Positions 47,914-57,718 of a stretch of DNA of 60,131 bases are shown one piece after another (position 1 is the first letter of the stretch; each line of letters begins with the position of its first letter). This DNA is from Cyanobacteria bacterium auto_48_18. Lineage in GTDB: Bacteria > Cyanobacteriota > Vampirovibrionia > Obscuribacterales > Obscuribacteraceae. Location: positions 1 to 60,131 of the forward strand of contig JAVHQC010000023.1 in NCBI GenBank assembly GCA_036170915.1, written 5' to 3'. The notes below the pieces were generated by a model. That model saw nothing but the letters and a program-made list of their open reading frames with translations, was not told the DNA's origin and searched no databases. A program made the position numbers and the translations under genes.

Positions 47914-49410
47914 CTATTTACCTTTTTTCTTATTGCTGCCGCCGCCCCAGTCAATTAAGAAGTCTGGTTCGCTGCTTTGTGGTATTACGGCTGGTTTCTC
48001 TTCTGGTTGCTCTACCGGCTCTTCTTTCGCCGGTTTAGGTGCGACTTTTTTTGGCTGCGGAGGCGGTGCTGCCATTTGCGGCTGAGGATAAGGCTGCATC
48101 TGTGGCCGCATCATCTGCATAGGTGGATACATAGGCATCGTAGGTGGTGGCGGTGGCACCATGGTCGTGCGGCCGGCCTTTTTCGTTTTTGGCGGTTGCT
48201 GCACTTGCATCATCGGCATCGGCTGGTACATCATGGGTTGTTGATACATAGGCTGGGCTGAAGGCACTATATTTGGTTGCGCGACTTTCTCAACTTTAGC
48301 TGGTTTCGCCGCTTCCACTTTCTTTGGCTCGGCATCCGCAGTTTTCTCTACAGCCTTTGATTCGACTGGCTTTGTTTCTGGTTTTGCCTTCACAACAGCG
48401 GTCTCGACTTTTGCCGGTTTCTTTGCCTGAGATTGTTTGATCTTTGCCTGTGCTTCCTTCAACGCTTTTCTCAGCGCCGCTTCGCGATCGGCTGCCGCTC
48501 GGGCGCTAGCTTCCCTGGCTATGGCTTCTTTGCGCGCTGCATCTTTTTTAGCCGCTTCTTGCTTCGCTAATTCTTGTTCATGCTTTTGCGCTTTTTCTTT
48601 TTCTAAAATCGAATCTTTGTTAACGTCTTTAAAAGGAAACAGGCTGGTGACTGCTTTCGGCTTCCTGGCTGGCTTTAGATCATCCGGTTTTTCAGTCTCA
48701 GAAATTTTTTCCGCTTCAGATTTTGCAGCAGGCTTTGCTGCGGTGGCCGGCTTGAAATTCGCTTCTGCAGGCACACCTTTACCGAGTGGAGCAATTAGAG
48801 CGGGAGCAAGTGTCACCGAGGAGGCGTGCGTACCCTTGGTGTCGCGAGCACGATTAATTTCGTTTGTCTGCGCATTGAGCAGAGCCAGCTTCAATGACTC
48901 CTGGGTAGCGATAGCATTTTCTTGTGAAGTGGTGCCGTTAGCTGCTAACCAGCGAACATAAGCATGCCTGGTGACGGGCGAATTTGGATTAATTTGTACT
49001 GCCTGGCGGAATTGTCTTGATGCTTCCGCTGGTTTAATCTGCAAACGATAAAGCTCGGCCAGTTTGATTTTGGCCATGGTGGAATAGGGATTTATTTTTA
49101 CAGCGCGAGTTAAATAGTGCTCGGCCGCCGGAAATTGGCTGCTCTCCAGGGCAACAGTTCCGGCTTCGTAATAGAGGTCAGCTACGAAAGTAGAGCTTTC
49201 GCCATATTGCTGAATCGACTCTTGAATTGCAGTGTCGTAGAGATCTAGTGCGTCTTTACTGTTGCCATGCAGCAAAGCGTCCATAGCCGCAAATCGCAAT
49301 TGCACGGGGCTCTCCCCTGGGCCAACCACTGCCTGCAGGGGCTGGGTGCTGACAAGACCAAGGCTTATGGCCAGTAGGGTAGGCAAAATGGCAAAAGTAA
49401 ATCGTTGCAA
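47914..49410 (-). CDS. Exported TPR protein with Lys/Ala- and Pro/Met/Gln-rich tail
   Basis: Signal peptide, TPR units ending INP, low-complexity C-terminal half. Confidence 0.75.
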   Translation of the reverse strand: MQRFTFAILPTLLAISLGLVSTQPLQAVVGPGESPVQLRFAAMDALLHGNSKDALDLYDTAIQESIQQYGESSTFVADLYYEAGTVALESSQFPAAEHYLTRAVKINPYSTMAKIKLAELYRLQIKPAEASRQFRQAVQINPNSPVTRHAYVRWLAANGTTSQENAIATQESLKLALLNAQTNEINRARDTKGTHASSVTLAPALIAPLGKGVPAEANFKPATAAKPAAKSEAEKISETEKPDDLKPARKPKAVTSLFPFKDVNKDSILEKEKAQKHEQELAKQEAAKKDAARKEAIAREASARAAADREAALRKALKEAQAKIKQSQAKKPAKVETAVVKAKPETKPVESKAVEKTADAEPKKVEAAKPAKVEKVAQPNIVPSAQPMYQQPMMYQPMPMMQVQQPPKTKKAGRTTMVPPPPPTMPMYPPMQMMRPQMQPYPQPQMAAPPPQPKKVAPKPAKEEPVEQPEEKPAVIPQSSEPDFLIDWGGGSNKKKGK

Positions 49411-49568
49411 GCTGCTTGCTCCGCTGGGAAAGCCTTAAGTGGCATGACACCATTTTAATTGTAGCTTTACACAAAGCTATAGGGTTTACTCTGATATTAG
49501 AAATTAACTCTCAAGCTGGTAAACTAAGCCTTTTCCCTATGCTTGGGATTTTCCCAGGAGCAAATTAG

Positions 49569-50483
49569 ATGCGTAGAACCAAGCATCAAAGAGGACGCGG
49601 CGGTCGCGATTCTGCCCCAACACCGGCAGCACAGCCAGTCTTCGCCCCCAGTAATGCCAGAATACTTTTGTCCACCGGCGTTGACGTCAATACCAACATT
49701 GGCGAGGGCTACGGGCCCTATCGAGTAGAAGGTGAACAAGAAGTTCTACCTTTTGTCACCTCAGCTAACGTGGCTTGCGGTGCGCACTCAGGCGATCCGG
49801 TGTTAATGGAAGCTGCACTTGAAAGCATTCGCTATTACGGTCTGGCTCTTGGCGCCCATATCGGTTATCCCGATTTGGCAGGTTTTGGCCGAAGAGAAAT
49901 TCACCTTTCATCTAACGAACTAAGAGCCTCAGTGCTCTATCAGTTAGGCGCACTGTCTGGAATGGCCCGCATCTTTGGCCTGGAAGTAACTCAGGTGCGT
50001 CCGCACGGATTTCTTTATCGACAGATGAGTCACGATATTCGCATCGCAACAATTGTGGCCAAAGCTCTGGCCGAATACGACCGCTGGCTGGTTCTGGTTG
50101 GTCCGGCGGGCAATACACTGCTGCAAGCCGGCGAACGGGCCGGTATCCGAGTGGCCGGTGAAGCCTGGATTGACCGGACTTACGATGCCACAGGTAGCCT
50201 TCTCCCACATACTCACTCTCGCGCAGTGATTAAGACTCCTCAAGAAGTATTGCGTCAGGCTACCAGCCTGATTCGCCATAGAGAAGTAACAGCGGTAGAC
50301 GGCACTCGCATTAGGCTTGAATACGAGACTATTCACCTGCACAGTCGCATAGTGCAAGCGCGTTATATCGCCGAAGAGATTCGTCGACTGTTGCCGCATG
50401 CCTGCGCCTTGACTACAGAACCGTTCACCATCGATTCAGTAGAAGAGAACGAAGATTTCCCCAGCCTGGCATATTCGGTCTAA
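49569..50483 (+). CDS. pxpA: LamB/YcsF (5-oxoprolinase subunit A-like) protein with degenerate motifs
   Basis: TSANVACGAHSGDP, YPDLAGFGRR, YQLGAL and IDRTY motifs. Confidence 0.8.
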   Translation: MRRTKHQRGRGGRDSAPTPAAQPVFAPSNARILLSTGVDVNTNIGEGYGPYRVEGEQEVLPFVTSANVACGAHSGDPVLMEAALESIRYYGLALGAHIGYPDLAGFGRREIHLSSNELRASVLYQLGALSGMARIFGLEVTQVRPHGFLYRQMSHDIRIATIVAKALAEYDRWLVLVGPAGNTLLQAGERAGIRVAGEAWIDRTYDATGSLLPHTHSRAVIKTPQEVLRQATSLIRHREVTAVDGTRIRLEYETIHLHSRIVQARYIAEEIRRLLPHACALTTEPFTIDSVEENEDFPSLAYSV

Positions 50484-50503
50484 TGTCTTAACTAGGCGCT
50501 ACC

Positions 50504-51091
50504 TTAAGGTAAACGCTGCGCTAGAGGCACAATTTCGTCGTACCAGCTGCCGTAATATTCAGGATAATCTTCGCCGGTAGTAGACGTAATAGTCTTCTCC
50601 AGCGCCTTGATGATTGCCTTGCGACCGCCACGCTTATAGCGCTTCAGCCACTCCAGCTCTTTGGGATCAACGGCAATATCAGCCTTAAGCAGATCTTTGA
50701 CGATCTCGATTTCGTGGACAATTGCCTCGGTTTCTTCTTCGAGACAACGTGTGATGAACTCTTGTCGTCCGGTTTTTCCGGGAATAGGATCGATTGTCGG
50801 CTTAACCAGAGCGTGCACGAATTCGTGGGCGATGCTGATCAACTTGTAGTTGCGAGGACACCAGCGTCCGATATAAATGGTGCGTTTTTTGCGATCGTAA
50901 TAAGCACGGCAGGGGCCGTCTACCAGGCGGATACGCACGCCGGCAGCGCGGATTTTGTCAATGTCGTCAATGAGCGTTGGAGACAACAACAAAGTCTCAA
51001 CCATGCGGCGGCCGAACTGACGCTTTAGATTACGCAGAGACGACTTTTGGGCGCTAGGTTTCTTTGCTGATGATTCGCTGGACATATACAC
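50504..51091 (-). CDS. HExxH zincin-like hypothetical protein
   Basis: IAHEFVHA with downstream EEETEA; no signal peptide. Confidence 0.6.
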   Translation of the reverse strand: MYMSSESSAKKPSAQKSSLRNLKRQFGRRMVETLLLSPTLIDDIDKIRAAGVRIRLVDGPCRAYYDRKKRTIYIGRWCPRNYKLISIAHEFVHALVKPTIDPIPGKTGRQEFITRCLEEETEAIVHEIEIVKDLLKADIAVDPKELEWLKRYKRGGRKAIIKALEKTITSTTGEDYPEYYGSWYDEIVPLAQRLP

Positions 51092-51468
51092 GGACTCCTG
51101 GTGAGATTACAATCACATATATTAATTCTATACTATCTTGATGTCAGGTGGAAGGGGGTGAATTACTGAATCTGTGGGCGATATGGCCGCGGAGCCGGGT
51201 CACTCCTTTGGTGGATTAATATTAAATCTTCGGTGCCATGACAAGTTGCTAACTGGTGAAGCGATTCTCAAAGCGTATGGTGCTCAAAGAAATTCAAGAA
51301 GATTATGAGTATCTCTAACGCCTCTTGCTAACACACTTTCCGGGGCTTAGAGCGGCAGTTTTGCCAAAGCTGGTCAGGCATAAGCAATATAATCAGAGTA
51401 CTGGTGAATAGACATTTACTGGCGACCAAATGTTCCAGACCTCTGTGTTCGCAGGCTCAATTTAAAGT

Positions 51469-53322
51469 ATGAATCCTGAAAAAGTTTCGCCAGCAAACGA
51501 GCACGAAATACTCTTTACTCCTGTAGTCAAATTGTTGCAGCAGTTGTCGGAGAGTTCTCGTCGCAGCAGCGGCGACTTTTTTCAAAGCGACATGGCGGCT
51601 ATTGGCAAAGCTCTTGAACTGTCATCCTGCACATTATTCTCTCTGGTTGAAGATCCTCAATTTGACGGCTTAAAACTCAGTCGGATGGCTTCCATTCGCA
51701 GCGGTGACTCCTCTCACAATCAACATGGCGCTGTCGGCGGCACGATTTTAGAAATACCGGCCCAGAGTGAGTTGCATGGTTTATTAAGGCAAGAGCAATG
51801 GGTTCCGCTGGATGAGGCGCGTTTAGACAAAACTCCACTGACTTTGCGTGACCTTGAAGAATTTTGCGGCTCAAAAGACGATCTTACTTGCGTACTTTTT
51901 CCGCTAGTCTTCGGCGGCGAAATCACAGGGTTGCTCTTAATGCAAAGATCGGCCACTGTAGGTGGTTTTTCCGAAGAGCTGCTTGATCTGGGTCAGGTCA
52001 TTGCTCGTATGCTGGCCATGGCCTTAAATTTGCAAACCAGCGCCGCTGTTGACGATGCTGCTTTAGGGGGGCTCAGCCAGCCAAACTTTGAGACTTCAGC
52101 GCTACCGACAGTGGTGCTGCGCCGTGAAACGTTGATGGTAGAACGAGCCAACCTGGCTGCTCGCAATCTGTTTGATTCAGGTAGTAAAAGTCTGATTGGC
52201 CAGCCATTCAAGAACGTTTTTCCTGGCTCGAAAAATTTTCTCGATGCTCTGCAACAGTCACTTGCGCGTGCGGTGAGCAACAGCTGCTTTTCAGTTTCGG
52301 CTTCTGATCTAAAACAGATTGGCTGTGTAGCAGCCCTGGTTTCGCTCACCGGTCAATCAGAAAGTCTCGTCTGTCTGCAATTTATACCTCGTGATTTTTT
52401 AAGCAATCCCGACAACGAACTGGTTGGCCATCCAGTTCATGGTGCGGAAGAAAATGATGCCATGGATGGTGTCACTAAGAGACTGGCTTTTGAACGCTGG
52501 TTGCGACAGACCGTATGCAAATTGCATTCTTCGCTAGATCGCGATTATCTCTTGCAGACCTTGGCCGATAGCCTTGGTCGAATTTTTAAAGCCACTCGCT
52601 GTCTGGTTATTCGAACCGATGGACCTTCGCATCCAATGGTCACTCATGAATATGTCGAACCCGATTTGTCGCCTCTCGGTCTTGGTCGTACTGGTCAGTT
52701 CCCTATGTTTGCTGTCAGTTTATTTCAACAAAAAACGCGCGGAATTAGCGAAGTTTCGCAGTTGCGGCAATCGAAACAGTTGACTGAACAAAATATTGAT
52801 GTGCTCGTAGACAGTGGCATCAGAGCCATGGCCGGTGCGCCGCTATCACATCAAGGTGTACACTTCGGTGTGGTCATACTGGTGCTGAATGACCAGAGCC
52901 GCCTGTGGAGTGAGGAAGATTTAGAAACTATTGAACTTACAATTTCGCAAGCTGCTATCGCTCTTTCACATTGTCAAACTTATCACCAGGTAAAAGACCA
53001 GTTATTCCACATGAATTTGCTCGGTAACTTAACCCAGCAATTAACCAATGCTTTAGAAGTAGCCGCCAAAGCTCCAGTTGCTGCTAAGCCTCTGGGGCGT
53101 TTTGAAGAGCGACCGGTGGTAGACGATATCCCGCCGCTTTCGTCTCGCGAGATGGAAGTATTGAAACTGATTGCGTCAGGTTTTGCCAATAAGGAAATTG
53201 CTCAGCGATTGTTTCTCACCGAGTCTACGGTGGAATTGCACGCCTCACGCATTCGCAAAAAACTAAATTTGAAAAGTCGCACAGCGCTCGTTAAATATGC
53301 CTGCGACAATAGCCTGGTCTAA
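51469..53322 (+). CDS. GAF-PAS-GAF-LuxR transcriptional regulator
   Basis: C-terminal LSSREMEVLKLIASGFANKEIAQRLFLTESTV; two GAF-like regions; ANLAARNLF PAS-like segment. Confidence 0.88.
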   Translation: MNPEKVSPANEHEILFTPVVKLLQQLSESSRRSSGDFFQSDMAAIGKALELSSCTLFSLVEDPQFDGLKLSRMASIRSGDSSHNQHGAVGGTILEIPAQSELHGLLRQEQWVPLDEARLDKTPLTLRDLEEFCGSKDDLTCVLFPLVFGGEITGLLLMQRSATVGGFSEELLDLGQVIARMLAMALNLQTSAAVDDAALGGLSQPNFETSALPTVVLRRETLMVERANLAARNLFDSGSKSLIGQPFKNVFPGSKNFLDALQQSLARAVSNSCFSVSASDLKQIGCVAALVSLTGQSESLVCLQFIPRDFLSNPDNELVGHPVHGAEENDAMDGVTKRLAFERWLRQTVCKLHSSLDRDYLLQTLADSLGRIFKATRCLVIRTDGPSHPMVTHEYVEPDLSPLGLGRTGQFPMFAVSLFQQKTRGISEVSQLRQSKQLTEQNIDVLVDSGIRAMAGAPLSHQGVHFGVVILVLNDQSRLWSEEDLETIELTISQAAIALSHCQTYHQVKDQLFHMNLLGNLTQQLTNALEVAAKAPVAAKPLGRFEERPVVDDIPPLSSREMEVLKLIASGFANKEIAQRLFLTESTVELHASRIRKKLNLKSRTALVKYACDNSLV

Positions 53323-54743
53323 AGACGCGCTCGGCTCTTAACTTCCAGATATTTTTCCACCAGCTTATCTGATAATTCTTGAGGTGGGCAATCAAGCACA
53401 AGGCATCCCCGACGAGTCAATGTTGATAAGGCGATTTCTCTTTGATTGAGTAAATCAATCGCCACGGCCCGCTTGTAAATAGTCTCTACCTTCTGCCTTT
53501 TAGCGGAACCACTGATATTCGATCTCTCATTGGACTTCTCCTCACCTTCTGGGGGCTCGGCTGCAGCAATGCTCTGGCCCTTATCTGTATCTGAGCCTGT
53601 AGCTTGTGCCATTTCTAATACTTGCCTGTCTTTTAAAGTTACGCAAAAAGGCAAATGCCGTGGTGCCAGGTTGGCCAGTCCGCTTAAGAGTGCTTGCGAG
53701 CCGGTAGGGTCGGTTAGATCTGTTAGCACCACCATCAGTGAGCGGCCCTTTTGAGCGGAAGCGAAGTAGGCGAGGATGCCGGCATAATCGGGCTCTACCA
53801 TCTTTGGCTCCACCGAAAAAGTGGCTTCAAGAATGCGGTTCATATAAATTTTGCCGCGTTTAGGTGGTAGATACAAAAGCGGTTTGTCGGCAAAAATGCC
53901 GATGCCCACCTGGTCGTTGTGCGAAAGACCCGTAAGAGCCAGGCAAAGTGCAGCGTTCAACGCTCGGTCGAAGCGGGTTAAGCCTTCCAGATCGCTTACC
54001 ATCATGCGACCGGCGTCAACTAAAATCAAAAGCCTTTGTTCTTGCTCGGTCTCATAGGTGCGCACCACCGGTCGATCGCGCCTCGCCGTAGCATTCCAGT
54101 CAATCGCTTTGCTGTCGTCGCCCACGGCATATTCGCGCAGCGATGCAAACTCAGTACCCTGGCCGCGTTTCTTCTGGTGCAATTCGCCTAGTTCTGAGGA
54201 ATGCGAAAGTTTAACCGACAGATCATGCAGTGCTTTTAAGTCGCTGTAGACTTTCACATTGCGCGTTAAATCGACTTTCACTTCTCGCCAGGTGAGGCCA
54301 AGCAGGCTCAGATAGCGAATGTTGGTCTTGCCGAAAACATACGAACCACGCTTGCGCGGGTGCAAAATATAATTGAGGCTGACAGTCTCTTGCGGCTTGA
54401 GGATGGTGTGAAAAATTTGTGCTCTGGCATAATCAAATTCCATTGCGCCGGGCACGTCATCTTTGACTTCGCACCGCAGAGCAGTGGTACCACTATAAGT
54501 AATTTCGAGGCTAACTTTATTGTCGCGACCAATAGAAAGTCTATCTTCTACCTGGCGTTCAGCATTAATTGAATTGGGTTTGGGCGTAATTTGATATTCG
54601 ATTATCAATGCGATTAAAAGCAAAATATCTACGATTAGGCCCAGCTTGGTCAATTCAGAAGCAAACTGTGGCCACCAGGCAGCACACGCCATGGGCACCA
54701 TGGCTAGTATCAGTATGAAATAGAGCCTTGTGCTCGCTATCAA
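53319..54743 (-). CDS. DUF58 (VWA-like) MoxR-associated protein
   Basis: GTEFASLREY..GDD..IDWNATAR, LVDAGRMM and LTDL motifs. Confidence 0.92.
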   Translation of the reverse strand: MIASTRLYFILILAMVPMACAAWWPQFASELTKLGLIVDILLLIALIIEYQITPKPNSINAERQVEDRLSIGRDNKVSLEITYSGTTALRCEVKDDVPGAMEFDYARAQIFHTILKPQETVSLNYILHPRKRGSYVFGKTNIRYLSLLGLTWREVKVDLTRNVKVYSDLKALHDLSVKLSHSSELGELHQKKRGQGTEFASLREYAVGDDSKAIDWNATARRDRPVVRTYETEQEQRLLILVDAGRMMVSDLEGLTRFDRALNAALCLALTGLSHNDQVGIGIFADKPLLYLPPKRGKIYMNRILEATFSVEPKMVEPDYAGILAYFASAQKGRSLMVVLTDLTDPTGSQALLSGLANLAPRHLPFCVTLKDRQVLEMAQATGSDTDKGQSIAAAEPPEGEEKSNERSNISGSAKRQKVETIYKRAVAIDLLNQREIALSTLTRRGCLVLDCPPQELSDKLVEKYLEVKSRARL

Positions 54744-54768
54744 GTTTCTACCTTCTACCTTTAGAAAG

Positions 54769-55752
54769 TTAACGAGGCACCGGAACTTGCCTGAGCAGAT
54801 TGGTAATGACCTGATTAACGGTGACGCCGTCTAATTCGGCTTCAGCTGTGAGCAAAAGTCTGTGCCTTAAAACCGGCTCGGCAACGAACTTGATATTGTC
54901 TGGTGTGACGAAGTCGCGCCCTTCAATGGCCGCGTGGGCTTTCGCTGCAGCGAGCCAGGCAAGGGCCGCTCGTGGGCTGGCTCCCAGGGAAAGGTCCGAG
55001 ATATTGCGCGATTTTTGGCTCAGTGCCACTACATAATCAAGAATGCTTTCCTCTACCTTCATATGTACAAGCAACTTGCGACATTGAACAATATCGGCTT
55101 CAGTGCAAACCGGTGTCAGAGGGGCGGCGAAACGACCATAGTGGCCAGATTGCCAGTTGCGCAGCATTTGTTTTTCAGCGTCGCCTTGCGGATAAGAAAT
55201 CAAAATTTTAAGCATGAAGCGATCGAGTTGAGCTTCGGGCAGCGGATAGGTGCCTTCGAATTCCACCGGGTTTTGCGTTGCCACGACCATAAAAAGGTCG
55301 GGCAGTTTATGAGTGTGACCATCTAGAGTGACCTGGCGTTCTTCCATGCCTTCAAGTAATGCAGACTGAGTTTTAGGTGGGGTGCGGTTGATTTCGTCAG
55401 CCAGCAGCATGCCCGTAAAAATCGGGCCCTTACGCAAAGTGAAAGTGCGTGAGTTTAGATCATAGACGTTGGTGCCGAGGATGTCAGACGGCAGCATGTC
55501 GGGAGTGAGCTGTACGCGGCCGAAGTTGGCGCCAACCAGTGCCGCAGCCGTTTTTACCAGCATGGTCTTGGCTGTACCCGGCACTCCTTCTAAAAGTACG
55601 TGGCCATCAGCAAGAATTGCTGTGAGCAATTGATCCACCACCATGTCCTGGCCGACGATGTTCTCGTTCAGGCTGGTGCGCAGCTTATCAAAGGTATCTT
55701 TGATTCTAAGCAATTCTTCGCTTACGCCTGTTGCTGCTGCTGGTTGCTGCAT
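54769..55752 (-). CDS. moxR: MoxR family AAA+ ATPase
   Basis: EGVPGTAKT, DEINRTPPKTQSALL, ATQNPVEFEGTYPLPEAQLDRF and GASPR motifs. Confidence 0.96.
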   Translation of the reverse strand: MQQPAAATGVSEELLRIKDTFDKLRTSLNENIVGQDMVVDQLLTAILADGHVLLEGVPGTAKTMLVKTAAALVGANFGRVQLTPDMLPSDILGTNVYDLNSRTFTLRKGPIFTGMLLADEINRTPPKTQSALLEGMEERQVTLDGHTHKLPDLFMVVATQNPVEFEGTYPLPEAQLDRFMLKILISYPQGDAEKQMLRNWQSGHYGRFAAPLTPVCTEADIVQCRKLLVHMKVEESILDYVVALSQKSRNISDLSLGASPRAALAWLAAAKAHAAIEGRDFVTPDNIKFVAEPVLRHRLLLTAEAELDGVTVNQVITNLLRQVPVPR

Positions 55753-55764
55753 CTCGTCCCCTGG

Positions 55765-57048
55765 TTATCTTCCTGAAGTTGTCAAACGTCGTTCTGTGCT
55801 TTGCGATATCTTATCGCACGAGGCTACCAGCTCTCTGAGCTGATCATCATTTAGATTGGCATTGGCCACGGCTTTTTCGCACCGGTCGGCTATGCTGGCC
55901 ATCTCAAGAGCCTGAGGGCTTCCTTGAGCTTTAAGCTCTTCAATGAGCTTTTCATTGTTTTCATGCGGTGAAATCTGTACCATCTTGCAAATTTTCAGGC
56001 GCAGATTTTGCCAGATAATCTCAATCACCGCCTGCCTGGCATTGGCTCTTAGATAGGTATTGGAAAGACCATTGATGTGCTCAAGATTAGAGATGGTTCG
56101 TCTATTGTTAACGAAAGCCAGTGCGCCAAAGCGCTGATTAGCGCTGAGTATGGCAATGGCGATTAAGAGTAAAATTTGTGCTGTAACGTACCCGGCTGGT
56201 CCGTGCAAAAAGTAGTAGAAGACATTGACGCCCTGGCTCAAGCCATGACAACGCTCGTCAAACATGATGTCACCATCTGTAGTGGCGAGCCAGTTGGTGA
56301 TAAATTGAAAGTTCGGCCAATATTCAGTGCGACTGATTTGCCGATTGACGATTAGATTGGGACAGCTGCTAATTAGCAATTTGCCTTTGCCGTAGTTCTT
56401 CTCAGCAATTAGACAAGCGCCATCTACCGTAGCTAGAGCTTGCCCGCCCTTTAAACTATGGTCGGCACTGAGTTGCAGTTGGCGCAAGTGGTTGTATATG
56501 GGCAACGGTTTGAGAACGTTTTGGCCGTCAGTCTTTTTATTTACAGCTGCCGGCTCAAGCTGTCGCACGTCCATTCCCAGTTTGTCTATTAGTCGTCTGG
56601 AAGTTCGCAGCATAAAGTTGTCGAGATAGACAATGTAATTGCCTTTCTCGACCCAAGCCAATAATTCGTCTACTTCAAACTGTGCCAGAGACTGGTCGGG
56701 GCTGACGATAAAAAGCACACCATGATTTTGACCGTCAGTTTGGGGAAAATCACTTAAAGCATCGTCTGTAATTTTATAAGGTGGTTTCTGCCCACCTAGT
56801 TTTCGATAAGGCAATTGCCATTTCTTAACCAGGCGCTCACCCTGGAAAACTTTTTCAAAAAGCTCAAAGGCAGCCGACATACCGCTCGGTTTGAAATTGC
56901 TGGAAGAGGCCCAGCTCTGCGCTTCGGGCATGATTTTGTCGAGCTGTTTGTCAGTAGAAACGGTGGCGTAAACCAGACCAATTGATACCACAAGTAGTGC
57001 CGTGAGCTGCCAGAGAAAACCTTTTTTCAATTTGTTGAGGTTGTTCAT
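55765..57048 (-). CDS. DUF4350 membrane protein
   Basis: N-terminal TM, SS..PSG..A, FDE.CHG, second TM, RFG; ATGA overlap with the upstream gene; MoxR operon context. Confidence 0.75.
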   Translation of the reverse strand: MNNLNKLKKGFLWQLTALLVVSIGLVYATVSTDKQLDKIMPEAQSWASSSNFKPSGMSAAFELFEKVFQGERLVKKWQLPYRKLGGQKPPYKITDDALSDFPQTDGQNHGVLFIVSPDQSLAQFEVDELLAWVEKGNYIVYLDNFMLRTSRRLIDKLGMDVRQLEPAAVNKKTDGQNVLKPLPIYNHLRQLQLSADHSLKGGQALATVDGACLIAEKNYGKGKLLISSCPNLIVNRQISRTEYWPNFQFITNWLATTDGDIMFDERCHGLSQGVNVFYYFLHGPAGYVTAQILLLIAIAILSANQRFGALAFVNNRRTISNLEHINGLSNTYLRANARQAVIEIIWQNLRLKICKMVQISPHENNEKLIEELKAQGSPQALEMASIADRCEKAVANANLNDDQLRELVASCDKISQSTERRLTTSGR

Positions 57049-57716
57049 CTTTTTGCCCCGGACATCTGATTTTTGTTCTGGACAAACTGTGCTGCTTCTT
57101 CCTCGATCCGATTCAATAGACTCAAGCATTGGCGGTAATCAGCTGCAGTTGCAGTTTTTCCACCAAACCAAATCAACTCTACCAGATCAACCAATGTGCG
57201 GAAATTTTGGGCAATCAGGGTTTGTTGTTTAAGAGCATAGAAATATTCGTAGTTAGTTTTTGTTGGCGCAAAAACGGCGATGGATGATTCATCAAGATGA
57301 TGTAAGCAGCTCATGTAAATGGCTCGGCATGCTTCTCTCAGCGATCCGGTTTGTGAAAGTTCCTCTGCCAAATTGCGCCAGCCTTTAGCGTTAAGGGCAC
57401 GTTCTCCGTCGATCATTTCACCCAGTGTCATTTGCTTTTGTGCTTGCAAATGTTTCACTCGGCGAATCACCAGAAAAGCCACAACAACTACTGCCACCAC
57501 TGCCGCTAGGGCCAGCAAAATCTGCAGCAAATTTCCCACCATTTTTGTGTCACTACTGCCGGTTTGTGGCAGCTGAATGAGATTGAGCAAATCTCGAATG
57601 GCTCTGGCTATGGCAGTCATCATTTCTTGCAATTTGACTAGAATGCCTGGCGGCTCATGGTAATCGTAGTTTTTGGCTACCTCGGCAATTTGTCCAGCTA
57701 TGTTTTTAAATTCCAT
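57045..57716 (-). CDS. DUF4129 membrane protein
   Basis: TM helix, A..G..REA.R..Y, KTNYEY and WFGG motifs. Confidence 0.8.
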   Translation of the reverse strand: MEFKNIAGQIAEVAKNYDYHEPPGILVKLQEMMTAIARAIRDLLNLIQLPQTGSSDTKMVGNLLQILLALAAVVAVVVVAFLVIRRVKHLQAQKQMTLGEMIDGERALNAKGWRNLAEELSQTGSLREACRAIYMSCLHHLDESSIAVFAPTKTNYEYFYALKQQTLIAQNFRTLVDLVELIWFGGKTATAADYRQCLSLLNRIEEEAAQFVQNKNQMSGAKR

Positions 57717-57718
57717 AT

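Noticed and set aside
47977..48261. His/Arg/Trp-rich 94-aa ORF
   Set aside because: Antisense shadow of the Pro/Met/Gln-rich tail of 47914-49410.
51469..53322. Cyanobacteriochrome or phytochrome photoreceptor
   Set aside because: No DxCF, DIP or CH chromophore motifs seen in the GAF regions.
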